DNA from: Nageia nagi
Lineage: Eukaryota; Plantae; Pinophyta
Length of the DNA stretch: 64,000 nt
Reading direction: 5' to 3'
Assembly: GCA_050084985.1 (NCBI GenBank)
Contig: JBITNC010000001.1
Coordinates: 212,784,001-212,848,000, forward strand
The notes beneath the pieces are model-generated. The model made no database searches. It was not told the origin of the DNA and worked only from the letters and a program-made list of their open reading frames with translations. Within the stretch, counting starts at the first letter, position 1; each line of letters starts with the position of its first letter. Both the position numbers and the translations under genes were made by a program. Shown in pieces: positions 11,920-24,249 of this stretch.

Positions 11920-12905
11920 TGTTGAATATAGATGGCAATCACACCCAACACTCCACAACAATAGAACACTACTACTTGTATACGCAAAGGCACGATCAAA
12001 GTATGCTAAACAGATCTCTCATTAAACTTGAGAACACACAAATATTGCTTACAAAATTAGACACATCACTACTACTTGTATAAGCAAAGGCACAATCAAA
12101 TTATGCTAAACAGATCTCTCATTAAACTTAAGAACACACAAATATTGCTTACATAATTAGACACATCACTGCAGGACCTTGGCTATATGCAGACAACTTT
12201 AGATCTAGTTGTATAAGGATATTGTGTCTTCAGATTCTGTATTCTGTTCTCCTCTAACAATTTGTCCAAGCCTTGACTCACAGGGACAATGGGTGTCCAA
12301 AACACTGAATCTTCAAACATGCAAGCACAAATACAGACCTTGAATAGATTTGTCCTCAAATAGGTAAATAGTCTTCAGATCTCTCCTCCAACCTCTATTA
12401 GACCAGATCTGATGGAAACCCCTCTAAAAAATCCTTAGCAAAATACTAAGGCCCAAGAGCATACAAGCTCTCCAAGTTCTCTATCAAAATCAACCCCCTC
12501 CAAATGACCAACTCTTACTCTTATATAGCTCTGAAAGTCTTAATTTAAACCTCTCTGCCTCATAACAGTTACAAATCCTCTCCTATGGCAGTTACAAAAG
12601 CATTAAATAATACCTTGGACTTTGACCTCATAACAGTTACTTTTGTCAAAATGGCAGTTACAAATAGTAGAAACATTTAATATTGCCTTATCATCTCAAC
12701 CATCACACTAAAAACGTGTACCAAGTCAATGACATTAATTAATATATTTTTTCTTGTCCCAAAACTATTCTAAATACATAGCCAACTCTCTAAACACTTA
12801 TACTAATAATAAAACTTCTCAAAACACACTAACCCACCACTTAGAAGCCCAGAAACACAACAAAACATAAATTAAAATATTTTGTGACATTACACAATAT
12901 GAACA
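11920..12905 (-). mobile_element. Solo-LTR-like insertion inside the hAT-like element
   Basis: TGTT...AACA candidate termini, minus-strand TATA (CTATATAAG at ~12520) and internal repeats. No TSD could be confirmed. Confidence 0.4.
11967..12170. repeat. 100-bp tandem duplication
   Basis: ACTACTTGTATA...AGACACATCACT starts at 11971 and 12071 with few mismatches. Confidence 0.88.
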
Positions 12906-13914
12906 TTAGAATCTAGATAAATGTTTTGGTTCAGATTTTGCTTTGTGAATTTAAAAAATTTTGATGTGTTTTGGCCCTTGGACATTCAATATGTAATACA
13001 AAACTGAAAACTCTTCAATTTCCAATGTTAAACTATGTTTTCACTTGTGTAATGTGTTATTTGAAATGGAATGTTGTCTTATTTTATATGCAATGTTGAG
13101 AGATAACTAAAAATGATTCGTTTCAATGTCAAATTGTGAAAATTTCTTGGTTTTTCTTATTGCCGATTCTTTATCGATTTTTTGCCAATTCTCAAAAAAT
13201 CAGAATCTCCTGGCCAAACGAGATCGATCCGATTCCGAGTCTGACAAGTATGTGTTGAACATCTAAGTATAGCTTAAATTTTCCAGAGCTTGTCTAGGAG
13301 CCCATGTTTTTGCAACTTGGATAACGAATTTTCCTTGTTTTTAGTTTTTTTTCTGTCAAAGGCAATTGACAATCTTATTTTTATGGAGACTGATATTTTG
13401 ATGACTGATTGACCACATTTCATTGCAGTCAACAATGGTAGAGTTCAGAGTGCAAGCATACAGTTAGAGTTTCTTGAAATGCAGCTATGTCCCCTTAATC
13501 CATTTGATGTACAAATTCCTTATTGAAACATAACCTTTTTTTTAACAACAATCTCAAATTATACAAAAAAATTCTCCCTAAATCCTACTGCACAAGGACG
13601 GACCTGGAAAAGACTTCAATTCGACCTCCAGGACTAAAGGTCTTGTTGTTGATGCCAAAGCCCCTCGCCGTTTCCTTTCTTTACTCCTTTACTCCTCCAT
13701 TTATAAACTCTGCTTAACCCAACGTAAGTTAAGGCCTTTCTTTAAAAACAACGCAATACATAATGCAGACTAATTTTAAAAATCGTATATATGGGAGCAA
13801 AAGCTGAAATCTTGGCACAATACTAACGGTTTGAAATCCTTACTTAAATTTCTCTTCATTTTAGCCCTTGTTCTTGGCCTTGGCGTCTCCTCAGCAACCA
13901 TCACCTATGTCCCC

Positions 13915-14010
13915 CAACATAAAATAGCCCAAAGTTCGATGGAAGTCTGGAACCTGATGGAAGTCTGGAACCTCAACATAAAATAGCCCATGACATGACA
14001 TGGGTATTTA
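13915..14010 (-). promoter_or_regulatory. Putative promoter region with duplicated site-II (TGGGCT) motifs
   Basis: CAACATAAAATAGCCCA occurs at 13915 and 13974 (TGGGCT on minus), directly upstream of a GC-richer first-exon-like segment. Confidence 0.3.
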
Positions 14011-14399
14011 TTAATATTCTTATCTATCAATTTCTTTTCATACTTTCACAAGTTAATGTATGAACTTATATTTAGCTACATTAAATAAATAAATAAAACT
14101 TAATTAACAATGTGTAATACAAATGATAGAGACGAGAGAAATAGTAAATATATTTGTATGATCTTCGTCTTCATTAGGAGGTATTTGAATACATCAACCA
14201 TCATCATTATTGTCGTTAGATCCACTACCATCAAAGTTGATATTGCCACCATACAGAGGATTACTGTCGTTATCCCCCAACCGACTACTAGCTCAAAAAT
14301 AGTCAAATGAATATACTAACCATTGGTATTTACCAAAGAGGGATGGTTGTGATTAGTACCTCTTTGTGTACCTCTCTACAAAGGTAGTTCTTATAAGTA

Positions 14400-17300
14400 A
14401 TGGCAAACGACATTAGGATAGTGATCTGGAAGGGCCCCAAGATCTAGAATTTTGTTTTAAGAATGAGTTTGGAGGGAGTTGGCTAACTGTGCATAGAGCA
14501 TTACCCCAATGGTCCATGAGGCTATGTAATTGTTAAAACTTCATGTTGATCTTTCTCCACATGTCCATTCATTTGTAATGAAGAGTCATAAAAAACTACA
14601 TACTTGTCAACTAAAGAGAAAGTATCATAAACTTCATGCTGGGAGAAAATGACTTTGTTACAAGTCTTACAAAGACGAAAAAGAAATTCAATCTTAAAAA
14701 TGTTCCACAATTTGATTAAGGGATCAGATAACTTAGGATGTTCCTTGAGAAGAACTTACATTCAATAGAAAGAGTTAGACATGAAAGGTTTGAAAAATGA
14801 TTTCAACCATTCCCAAGCAATATGATATTTTCTACAAAGTAAAACAAGATGGAGAAAACTATTAGGTTCACCATAAAAGCAATAGGTAGGATTTTAGACA
14901 CCCAAGTACTTAAGTCTTTGTCCAATAGGGAGCCTCTAATAATATACTCAAAGCAAAAAATTCTTATTTCAGCTCAATATAAAAAGCCCAAACCATCATG
15001 AAATGAAGACTCTACCTAAATGGAAGGGAGACTAGATTCTAATGCTCATTTAGCTTAGGAGCCATGTGAAAATATAGAGAAAACCTATAATAACCCAAAT
15101 GAACTTTTTCTTGAAGTATGGGGACATTCATGGGCCAACTCTAGTCAAACACCAAGCTTTTTGAAAATGCTTGGTAATTTTGGGCAATAGGAAAAAAGGA
15201 TACTATCAAGTGCCACATCATAAGTGTGTTTATCATTAGGTTTCATGTTATACATTAGTCTAAAGAATTCCCAAGGAATCCAATCCTCGATTTGAAAGGA
15301 GAAAATTTAGAATGGAAGCAATCCCCTTTCTATAGAAGTGTTGAGCATGAATCCACTACACTTTAGCTCGAGGGAGGAATTGGAAAATAATTGCAGGTGA
15401 CCACCAGTTATTAATGGATTAAATAGAGGCCTCTTTCTTGTAGCCTTCCCCTTTCTAACAGAGCCATAGTTTGAGAGCTTCCCAAGCTTTTCAAATACTT
15501 TGAATGACAAAAGAGCCTTTAATTTTCATAGGGATAGAAGCAGTAAAAAGGGTTCGAAAGGAGAGGCCTTTACACACCCTCTTCCCATAAGGGAGAGGTA
15601 TTGATATGTAATTACAAATAAGAACTTTTTCACACATTATCTCCCATCAAATCTCTAATAACCCATTTAGCTTAAAGACTTAATCCTTAATATTGGACAT
15701 CAAAGAGACCTATGTCTCCAAAGTGCTTAGGAAGACAATGAATATCCCAAACAACTATATGAAGCCCCTTTTTTTATGGGAAACATTTATCCATAAAAAA
15801 TATCTTAAAAGATTCTCCATTTTTTATAATAATTCATTGAAGGAACCAAATAAGAAGAATAATATACATGAGTAGTAGCAAGAACCTTGGAACAAATATG
15901 CAACTTATCTACTGGAGAAAAATTTTAGTTGTCTAATAAGCCAAAGTTTTCCCCACTTCTTCCACAACACAGTCATAAAGTTGTGTAGAAGATACCTAGA
16001 AAGTAAAATTAATCCTTAGGAATTTAAAAGTCTCTCTAAGTTGAATCTAGTGCCACTAGTATTAAGAGAGTCAATTGGGAAGTCTCTCTAAGTTGAATCT
16101 AGTGCCACTAGTATTAAGAGAGTCAATCGAGAAGAGGTTTCACTGATTTATAGAAGTAATCTTTTTTCCTTTCAACATTTTGGAAATAGGGGAATTGAAC
16201 CTTATCATTGCAAGTGGGGGGGAATTCTTTTCTGATTATTGATTACACCGATCACTATTTACCTTGAAGAAATGATTTTGTTCATGCGCTTACTATGAAT
16301 ATGGGTCCCCTACTAGTATTCTCTCATTTGTTAGTATTCTTCATTTAATATTATTCATTCACTACTATTATTCATTCATTTTGGGCAAGCAAGCAAGCAA
16401 TTCCATGATTATTATGGGGTCGTTGCAGTTCTAAAATTGATTGTGTTGAGACCACCCCTTATTTCTCAAAGTGTGGATAATCATAAGCCAAACATTTTTT
16501 TGTTAAGGTAGGCTAAAGCAATCAAAATTAATTGTTCATCTTCTTGAATTATCAAAAAAGAATCATCAATGAAGTGCATATTCACTAAATGACCTTGAGA
16601 ATTAGGAAGAGATATGCCACAAATGGACTCTTTAACAACTTTATTAATAAGTAGAGAGCCAAAGGCTTCTACTTCTAAAATAAACAATGAAGGGGTTAAA
16701 AGGCAAGCTTGTCTAATCAAGTGAAAAAGATCAATAACCTCATATTCACAATCATTCATGGTCAAGACAATTGAAGCTTCTTTGAAAAACATATTTATAG
16801 AGTTAATAAAATAAAGACCAAAACCAAAGGCTTGCAACATGGTAAGTATGAATGATCATTCAATTCTATCATAGGTTTTTTGAAATCAATTTTAAGTTCT
16901 TATCTATTATATTCCTTCCCAAATTGCAATAACATTTTCTTGAATATATTTACTTTGGACAAATCTAGTCAATGCTAATTGAATGATTAGAGGAAGTAAA
17001 GGCATAACTTTAAGAGCAAGAGCTTTGGAAATAATATTATAGGTTGTATTAAGTAAAGGAATTGACATATAATTTGTATTAATATTTGGGTTTCCATATT
17101 TGTGAATAAATTTAATGTTACCTTTATTAATGATGGATCCCAAGGAGCTAAAAACCATTGAAAAGATCAAGATCCACCATATCCCAAAACTCTTTGTAGA
17201 ACTCATAATCTTTGAGTATGTGATTATTGCCAGACTACATCTAAGATTATATTCAAGATTGTTGCAAGGGGCATTGTTGTGAGGGATGTGAACCATTCCA
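14400..17300 (-). pseudogene. 5'-truncated, decayed L1-clade LINE ORF2 (RT plus C-terminal zinc-finger region)
   Basis: SIPLLNTTYNIISKALA (cf. RPITLLNxxYKIIAK), IRQACLLTPSLF (cf. RQGCPLSPxLF) and HFIDDS (cf. FADD) in ORFs 16907..17296 and 16481..16840. KLHICSKVLATTHVYYSS at ~15900. RLPIGQRLKYLGV*NPTYCFYGEPNSFLHLVLLC...WEW (zf-RVT-like) at ~14800-14935. Confidence 0.82.
16028..16128. repeat. 53-bp-period tandem duplication within the LINE, next to a ~300-bp unrelated insert
   Basis: AAGTCTCTCTAAGTTGAATCTAGTGCCACTAGTATTAAGAGAGTCAAT at 16028 and 16081. Confidence 0.85.
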
Positions 17301-17339
17301 TCATTTCAAACATGGAGAATGTTCTTATGGGAGATTATT

Positions 17340-19250
17340 GGTTATGCAAAGTAATGCAAGATCTAAAGAGTCTTGCATAATGACATGGTTGTAGCAATGA
17401 TTACAAGATATGAAATGAAAGTTATTTGTAGCAACACTACAACACAAAGCCAATTTAGCATAAGGGTGCATGTCAAAATTTATTTTTCCAAAACATTGTA
17501 GCTATTTCTTATGCTAACATACACATTAGGATTTGCATCAGTTTTAGTGTCATCAAAGATGTGAAAGTATTTTATCCAGCATCATACTGCATCACAAATA
17601 ACATCACTTTTCATCACAAATGACACTAAAAAAATATATTTCATGTCAATTATAGCGATATTTATCATCACTAAAGTCAGTTATTGTATCACTGAGCATC
17701 AATATTAGCATCAGAATGTAGAATTTTTGGAAAAAATTATATTTAATTATTTTTGAAATCATTGTAGTCCATGTATAAACCCTATCATGAATCTTCCAGT
17801 TTGGTGCATACTTTGATGATACTAGGAAAGGTGAATTGATCAAGTTAGAATAGTGTTGTTGTTTATTGCATTTGGTGAAAGGAACTTTGATTTTAAATAG
17901 TCTTTGATGTATGTATAAATCATGTTGTAAATTAATCTCCCAATTTGGTGCATGCTTCGAGGATGATAGGAAAGGTGAATTAATTTGGTTGGACTACTAT
18001 TATTATTTGTTGCATTTGAATAAAAAGTGTCAATACCTATTGGGGAAAGCCATATCTTTGGCAACCTAAAATTATTATATTCCTTGAGAATATGTCTCAT
18101 TTAGTCATACAGTCAAAAACTTCACGGATGTTCACCAAACTTCTACAATTTACATATATATGGATAAGTCTATCTTGCAAAAACTTATGCTTAGATGGGT
18201 TAAATTCAAGTTTGATATGATTAATGAGTGAATGAAGGAGCTTTCCCTCTAGAATGGCATTATTGGTGACACTTTATACATGAGTTAAAGATATGTTGAA
18301 GACTATAGAGAGTAGTGTACATATGTATATCTAGTAAGCAAAACGGGCATTGCATCTTTAAAGGATCTTTGATGTATGTATAAATAATTGACTAAACGAT
18401 TCAATCAATGGTTGGATCATGATCCATGTATAATCCAACCTTTTTTTAAAAAAAAAATCAGGTTATTTTTTATGCCATTTTGTATCATAAATAGTGTTAA
18501 AAATAGCATCGAAAATAGCATCAAAACAAGAAAAAAGTGCATAAAATCAATATTTAATGCCTACTAATGTTAATGAAGTCAAGAAATATTTTTTTACTAG
18601 TCTAATGCCTACTCTAATGCTAAATGAAGTTTGTGTTGTAGTGAAAAAATCCATCAAACTATTTAAAATAGATGGAATATACGAGCATTAATCTAGATGA
18701 TGTTGCATTTATTCATGTATTATCTCCATGTATGCAATGCAGGACTATTGGAAGAGGATTATAAATAAATTTAAATTCATGAATTATTATTACACCCAAA
18801 ATTAATGAAATTACATAATACATATATGGTTGACCTTCTTGGTCGTGTTGGGATTCTAGATGAATAAATAACATACTAATAAAGCCTAATTACATGGCAA
18901 GATAAATCCTTACTTGCCTACCTCATTTACTCGTATGCATTTTTTATTATCAATTTGGGTAGTAAACCCCCAAATTAAATGTGGGTTTCTCTAACATAAC
19001 AACCTTGACATACATGTATACAAAATATGGGAGCATAAGACGGTAAGGGTTTCATTTGACAAAATGTGTTATGAATAAATAATTCCATGGAATGTAATAA
19101 TTGTAGAATATGCAAGAAATAGTTGTAGCAAGGAATCCATTAAACAATTTGAAAAAATGGAATATGTAACCATTAATCTAGATGTAGGGGGTTATAACAA
19201 GGAAGCCATCAAACTATTTGAAAAATGGGATATGTGGGTGTCTAGATTAA
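17340..19250 (+). pseudogene. Fragments of a PLS-class pentatricopeptide-repeat (PPR) gene, interrupted by a CACTA
   Basis: Manual translation: AMITRYEM..|..SIKLFK*MEYTSINLDDVAFIHVLSPC..AGLLEE and YMVDLLGRVGILDE (~18820-18865; cf. MVDLLGRAGxLDEA). A second fragment at ~19010-19250 reads MYTKYGSI..FDKM..IPWNVIIVEYARNSCSKESIKQFEKM. Confidence 0.8.
17435..18643. mobile_element. Non-autonomous CACTA (En/Spm) element, 1.2 kb
   Basis: Perfect 14-bp TIRs CACTACAACACAAA / TTTGTGTTGTAGTG with extended similarity (ATTTAGCAT). 3-bp flanks CAA / AAA. PPR homology resumes across the insertion. Confidence 0.88.
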
Positions 19251-21720
19251 ACAAAATACCAATAACACCAAAATGTTGCAATGTAGAGGTATTTGCTTAA
19301 TACCTTGACCAATTTGCAAGGTGATGGAGTCATTTGCCTATGCTTCTCACCTTCCTCACTTTCTTTGTTGTATTTGCTACGCTAAAAATACCCATAATGA
19401 ATCCATAATATACCCACAATGAATGAAAATATACTCAGGCAAAGGCAAATAACATGTAAATAAACCATGATTGCTGCAATTTGGAGTGCCCAAATCCTCC
19501 TCTGCTACATAGTACCTTGAGATAATGTTAATGCCCAAACTCTCCTCTGGTGTTTCACCCTCCTTGCCTTATTTTTCTTTCATTTGCTCAATTTTTTTGT
19601 TAGGTGATAAAATTCCAATTTTTCAGCGATGATGTTTTATCATATGATTTTTTTTAGTTGATATTTATGGTGGTGATAATGTGTCTTAATACTTTATATA
19701 ATGGTGGTTCTGATATGCTCTTATAAAACTATCATCTTTGAAAAGATACAAGGATGGTTATTAAATCGCCCTTCAAAGCTACCATCTACTCCTCATATTA
19801 CAACAATAATGCATCGTCATAAAAAAATATTGTAATATCAAAGCCTGATTTTATTCTAGTGCTTATTGGTGAAAAGTATTTGATATCTATAAGGGAATGA
19901 GAAGATGAGGTGAAAATCAAGAAGAGGGATATGTACAAGTGAATGGATTAGGAGTTTCATCTTGTGGAAATTATCGAGAAGAATATATGCAACATTATAC
20001 CTCTAATGAATAACTTATGAATAACATTGAGGTATAAGTATTACATATTTTCTTCTTAATCATTCCCTTCACTAAGGTTTGGAAGAAAGAGTATTATATG
20101 TTTCAAAATATAGCATTTGTATTACTTGCACTTTTTTGTAGATATGGTGGATGGTCAGAAAGAATGAGATAGGGAAAAGGAGAAGAACAAATTTGGATGG
20201 GAGAATTTATGGAGAGATGATGGTATATGTATGGAACCAAAGGTAGCAACACATTCAATGAACTATGATCCTATCTTATTATAAACTACCTTTGTTGATT
20301 CATTTCTAAATAAAAATAATTAACTTATTTAGTTGTTTTATGTCAACATCGATCACTTAAACAAAATGTATAGTTGATAATGCCTTAAAGAACCACTTAA
20401 CAAAATAAGAATGTAGTTTTTGCAAAGTTTTCCCAAACATTAAGTACCCTAGGGTACTTAGTGTATGTCTCCTCAGTATTATGTTTACTATATAGATCTT
20501 AAACTAGTCGGGCTTTGAACTAATCAAACTAGAAAAATACACTCTTAACTAGTGGACAATCTACTTTAGGTTAAAATCATACCTTGAAAGCCACTTAACT
20601 TTCTATCTTATCAAGGAATAATTATGTAATCCTCTTTCCCATTATTTGTCCTTTTTTCTAGGTTCATTATACCCTTAGAGGTGATCTTTTTTTAAACCTA
20701 TTATTTCTTCCTTTATTACTGAATCCTAACTCTAAACTTCTTAAAATGGTGGCTTTGCACTCTTCTAAGATGCATAGTTGGCTTCAACTTCCTGCTAGCT
20801 TTAGGAAGTTCTAAGTTTTCATTTAGTTAAGTGATTTCATTTAATGACTAGTTGAATGTGTATTTTGTTCTTACTCCTTTATTTGGTGGTCATGTTGTAG
20901 TGCATGTCTTTTCGCTAGATTTGATCAAACAGTAACGTGCAATTGATCTTTGGTGGAGATTAACTTGTTAGGTTCCATTTGTCCTTAGCCTTAGTTTATT
21001 TTTTTTTATCTTATTTGTATTTTGTTTGGTTGAGATCAATGGCTAATAAAAGGATAGCTAATGAAGGTGTTTAATTATTACCATATGTGCTGATATAACC
21101 TTTTTATTTTACATATGGGCTAACCTAAATAACATTTTCATTAGTTTATAATCAATTACAATGGGTTGAAGATCTATGACAAAGATTATTTTCTAATTGC
21201 CACTTATTACCCTTCTAATCACTAGGCTTTTTTCTTTTACTTTCCACCAAGGAGATCTAACAGCTAGCAGAAGATGTAAGGTTTGGTGAAAGCTTGGATA
21301 TTCATTGTGTGGATTACTGACTTAGCTTTCAATTGGTTTTACCTTATCTTGTTTATCCTTATACTAGTCTTTAATAAAAAATAATAAATGAAGAGATCCT
21401 TAGCAGAAGTTAATTACCAGATGCCATGTGTCACTAGTAATTCTCCTTTACATTTGGTTATTTTTTGCTAGGATATGATCAATAGTTGATGGAGTGATAT
21501 TAATTCATAAATTTTGTTGATGCTTGACATGTGCTATCTTTGGCTTTAACTTTTTGTCACCTAACCAAGAACATGACCAACCTTTTTAGGTTCATTAAGT
21601 GCTAGATGTTAATTCGCCTACCACTTGTTACTTCTCATTGATTTTATATAAAGGATCAAATGGCTAGAGGATGTTTTTCGTTGAATAAAGGTGAATATTT
21701 ATTAATTTTTTGATATTGTC

Positions 21721-22440
21721 TATAGACCTCAAATTATACAAAATATACATGTACATAATAAATAAATAGATTTATAATATAAGAAGAAATAAATATGTAC
21801 TCTATATCAGATTACACCAAATATACATGAAATGCATGAACCTAATATGAAGTGTATGTACAATTTTCAACAACAAATATCAATTGATATTTAGAGGATT
21901 GAGATCAAATTCATGGTGAGTTTGTAGTGGATCTTTGTGTACATGAATCAATAGCTCAAACAACAAAATCTAGAAACCCTGATCTAGAAGATGCATGTTG
22001 TTGATCATGTAGAATATGTAGAATTATGATGTGTGTCAAATATAGAAAGTTTCAAAGCTCAAAGTATAACAATTTCTCATAATAGGTGGCATAAAAAAGC
22101 ATTGTATCTTGATGAATATTGTGGCAGACAACCACATATCAGAGAGCTTGTCATACCAAAGAGTTTCAATCTCTAGAGGTCAAACTATTCCACTCATATA
22201 TATAGCCTGCAAAGACATGGAAAGGAGTGAAGGTCGACCTCTAGCAATAATATAATCATCATTGTATTCAAGATACTTTTAAAATATGAATCATGATAAA
22301 TGATATAGTATTTAATATAACACATGGCATTACACTGTAATATCAACTTTATCTTAACATTTGTAATATTGCAATAAATTATTTAGGAAGTCTAAATATG
22401 ATTTATTAAATAAATAATAAATCATTTTTAGGCATCTATA
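21721..22440 (-). repeat. 3' LTR of element 21721-30034
   Basis: TATAGACCTC...GGCATCTATA (decayed TG..CA); aligns with 29365-30034. Confidence 0.88.
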
Positions 22441-24249
22441 GTTTGCCCCTCTTTGGATGTGAAATGAAAAGCATTGAAATTGCATAATCCAAAGAAGTTT
22501 AGAGAAGAGAAGGAAATTTTCAATAGTAAAGTGGACTTCCCTTTTCTATCGATATGCCGAGTATGATATGTCTTCTATCCCCTTTTAGTCTTGTATTTCC
22601 CCTTGTTCTAGCTTCTTCAGGGAATCATGCCAAAAATTAGAATCCATGTATGAGGAGAGTACCTTTATTAAGGTCCTACTCTCCTAGATAATATCTTTTT
22701 GAGAACAATTCAACATAATACCCACATAGATCACATCTAATGAAAGAATAATTAATTTAAATAGCAAGGATGAAATAAATATAATATCCATTATGTCCAT
22801 ATGGTCACTAAGACATGTAGTTCTATTGAATTGTGATTATAAAGTTGATGAGGTCCTTTGATGCCCTGAGCTTTGAATAACCTTAAATTTGTGAGAAATT
22901 TTTTTCATGAGGTGACCATGGCCTTGAAAACATTTGTTAGCATAACATTTAAATTTTATCCATCATTGAGATAATTTCATTTGAATTCCATAAAAAGTAC
23001 TTAATATTCAAATATTTATTGGCCTTACTTATCAATTTAGCACATTTGATCTCAATGCATTTATAGACTCTATTGATTTTCAAAGTAAAAGCACACCATT
23101 GACAACATTTGTTTCATAAAATTTTGTAACCATATATTTTGCAATTTTGTTCAATATTTTCATTACAATGGATATTTATGAAATAATGGTATTTTCAAAT
23201 AGATATTCAAGGATTTGTAGCATGCCCAATTTGTAATGAATTTATAGTAGACACACATTGTTAACAACATGAAAATACTAATATCAGCTCTGCAAACTTT
23301 AATCTCAACCAATTAACAACACTTAATAACATTTTGCATCATGTAGCATCTATTTTATACATATATTTTGATTCAGTAAACTAGAATTTGAACACAACAC
23401 TTGAACCATTTTCTAATTTTGTATAAAGTATGCTAATAGTGGAACATAGTCAACTTCCTAGCAAATGCATAATGTAAACATTCAAGCTCACCATTTTTAC
23501 CATTTTTGATTGGCATGCGATGAATTACACATCAATTTCACTTTTTGCACATCATTGATAGTGTGAATACAACAAAATTCATTTTTGAAAAAGAAGCATG
23601 TGGAAATTGAAATATTTCCCTATATTTTGCACACTCTAAGCAATGATTTTCAAGCATAAAATTTACCATTAGAAAATGGTATTCATTAGCTAAGGTTAGG
23701 GAAAAAATTTAAATAAAAAGGAGATTTGGGGGAGTTGAATTATCATTTTTGCCTTGTCATTTTACTTTTTAATACCTATGAGTACTGTGTTATGTTGCCT
23801 TTCAGCTAATTGCTTATCATTTGATTTGTCCCTACTGTTCTCCACTGTTCATTTTTCTTGTTGGACTATTCATTATCATTTGTTTGACATGGAGGATCAA
23901 GATTGGCGTATGGTGGAGAGGCCCCTTACTAGGAAAAAGGGACGTGTGGCAAAGTACCTATGCTACCTACCATTTGATCATGCCATATGATTCCATTTAC
24001 TCTTGTATTTTTTCCAAAAATATTATAGTTTTCTACCCATATGAAACCCTAGGGTCTTCCCATTTTCCATTGTTGGTCATTTTAATTTTTCATTTTCCCC
24101 TCATTGAAGTGTTTTGAGTTTGTTACTTAGGATTCTCACACAAGTTTGTAAAATTTTAGCCTTATAGTTCCATTTTGTTCATGTATTAAAACAAATTGCA
24201 TTGTTTATTTATTTTTATTTTTTTTAAGGAGGGGAAAGTGATAATCAAG

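Larger units (their letters stand above)
11452..13252. mobile_element. Non-autonomous hAT-like DNA transposon
   Basis: Termini GAGTGTTATCAAA / CTGACAAGTATG resemble CA(G/T)(A/T)GTT(A/G)TCAAA-type hAT TIRs. GC-rich subterminal CCGATT/AATCGG repeats at both ends. Flanking 8-mers TGTTTTAC / TGTTGAAC match 6/8. Confidence 0.65.
1201..13910 (-). other. Putative multi-exon spliced transcription unit (lncRNA, long UTR or decayed gene) with TE-expanded introns
   Basis: Several short minus-strand segments are bounded by canonical splice sites: 1289-1201 (TTGTTTTATAG|...AAAG|GTATGA), ~8320-8284 (ATAACAG|...GCAG|GTCAGT), ~8605-8561, ~10213-10180, and a donor AA|GTAAGG at 13843. TGGGCT site-II motifs lie just upstream. 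No consistent long spliced ORF was found. Confidence 0.3.

Noticed and set aside
16180-16225. B-box-like GGTTCAATTCCCC on minus strand suggesting a tRNA or SINE
   Set aside because: No A box or cloverleaf; it lies in a small unclassified insert within the LINE.
19270-21720. Highly decayed sequence with hints of LINE ORF1 (QWVEDL*..LGFF, ~21160-21240) and intron-like pieces
   Set aside because: Too degenerate to assign a family or boundaries by eye.
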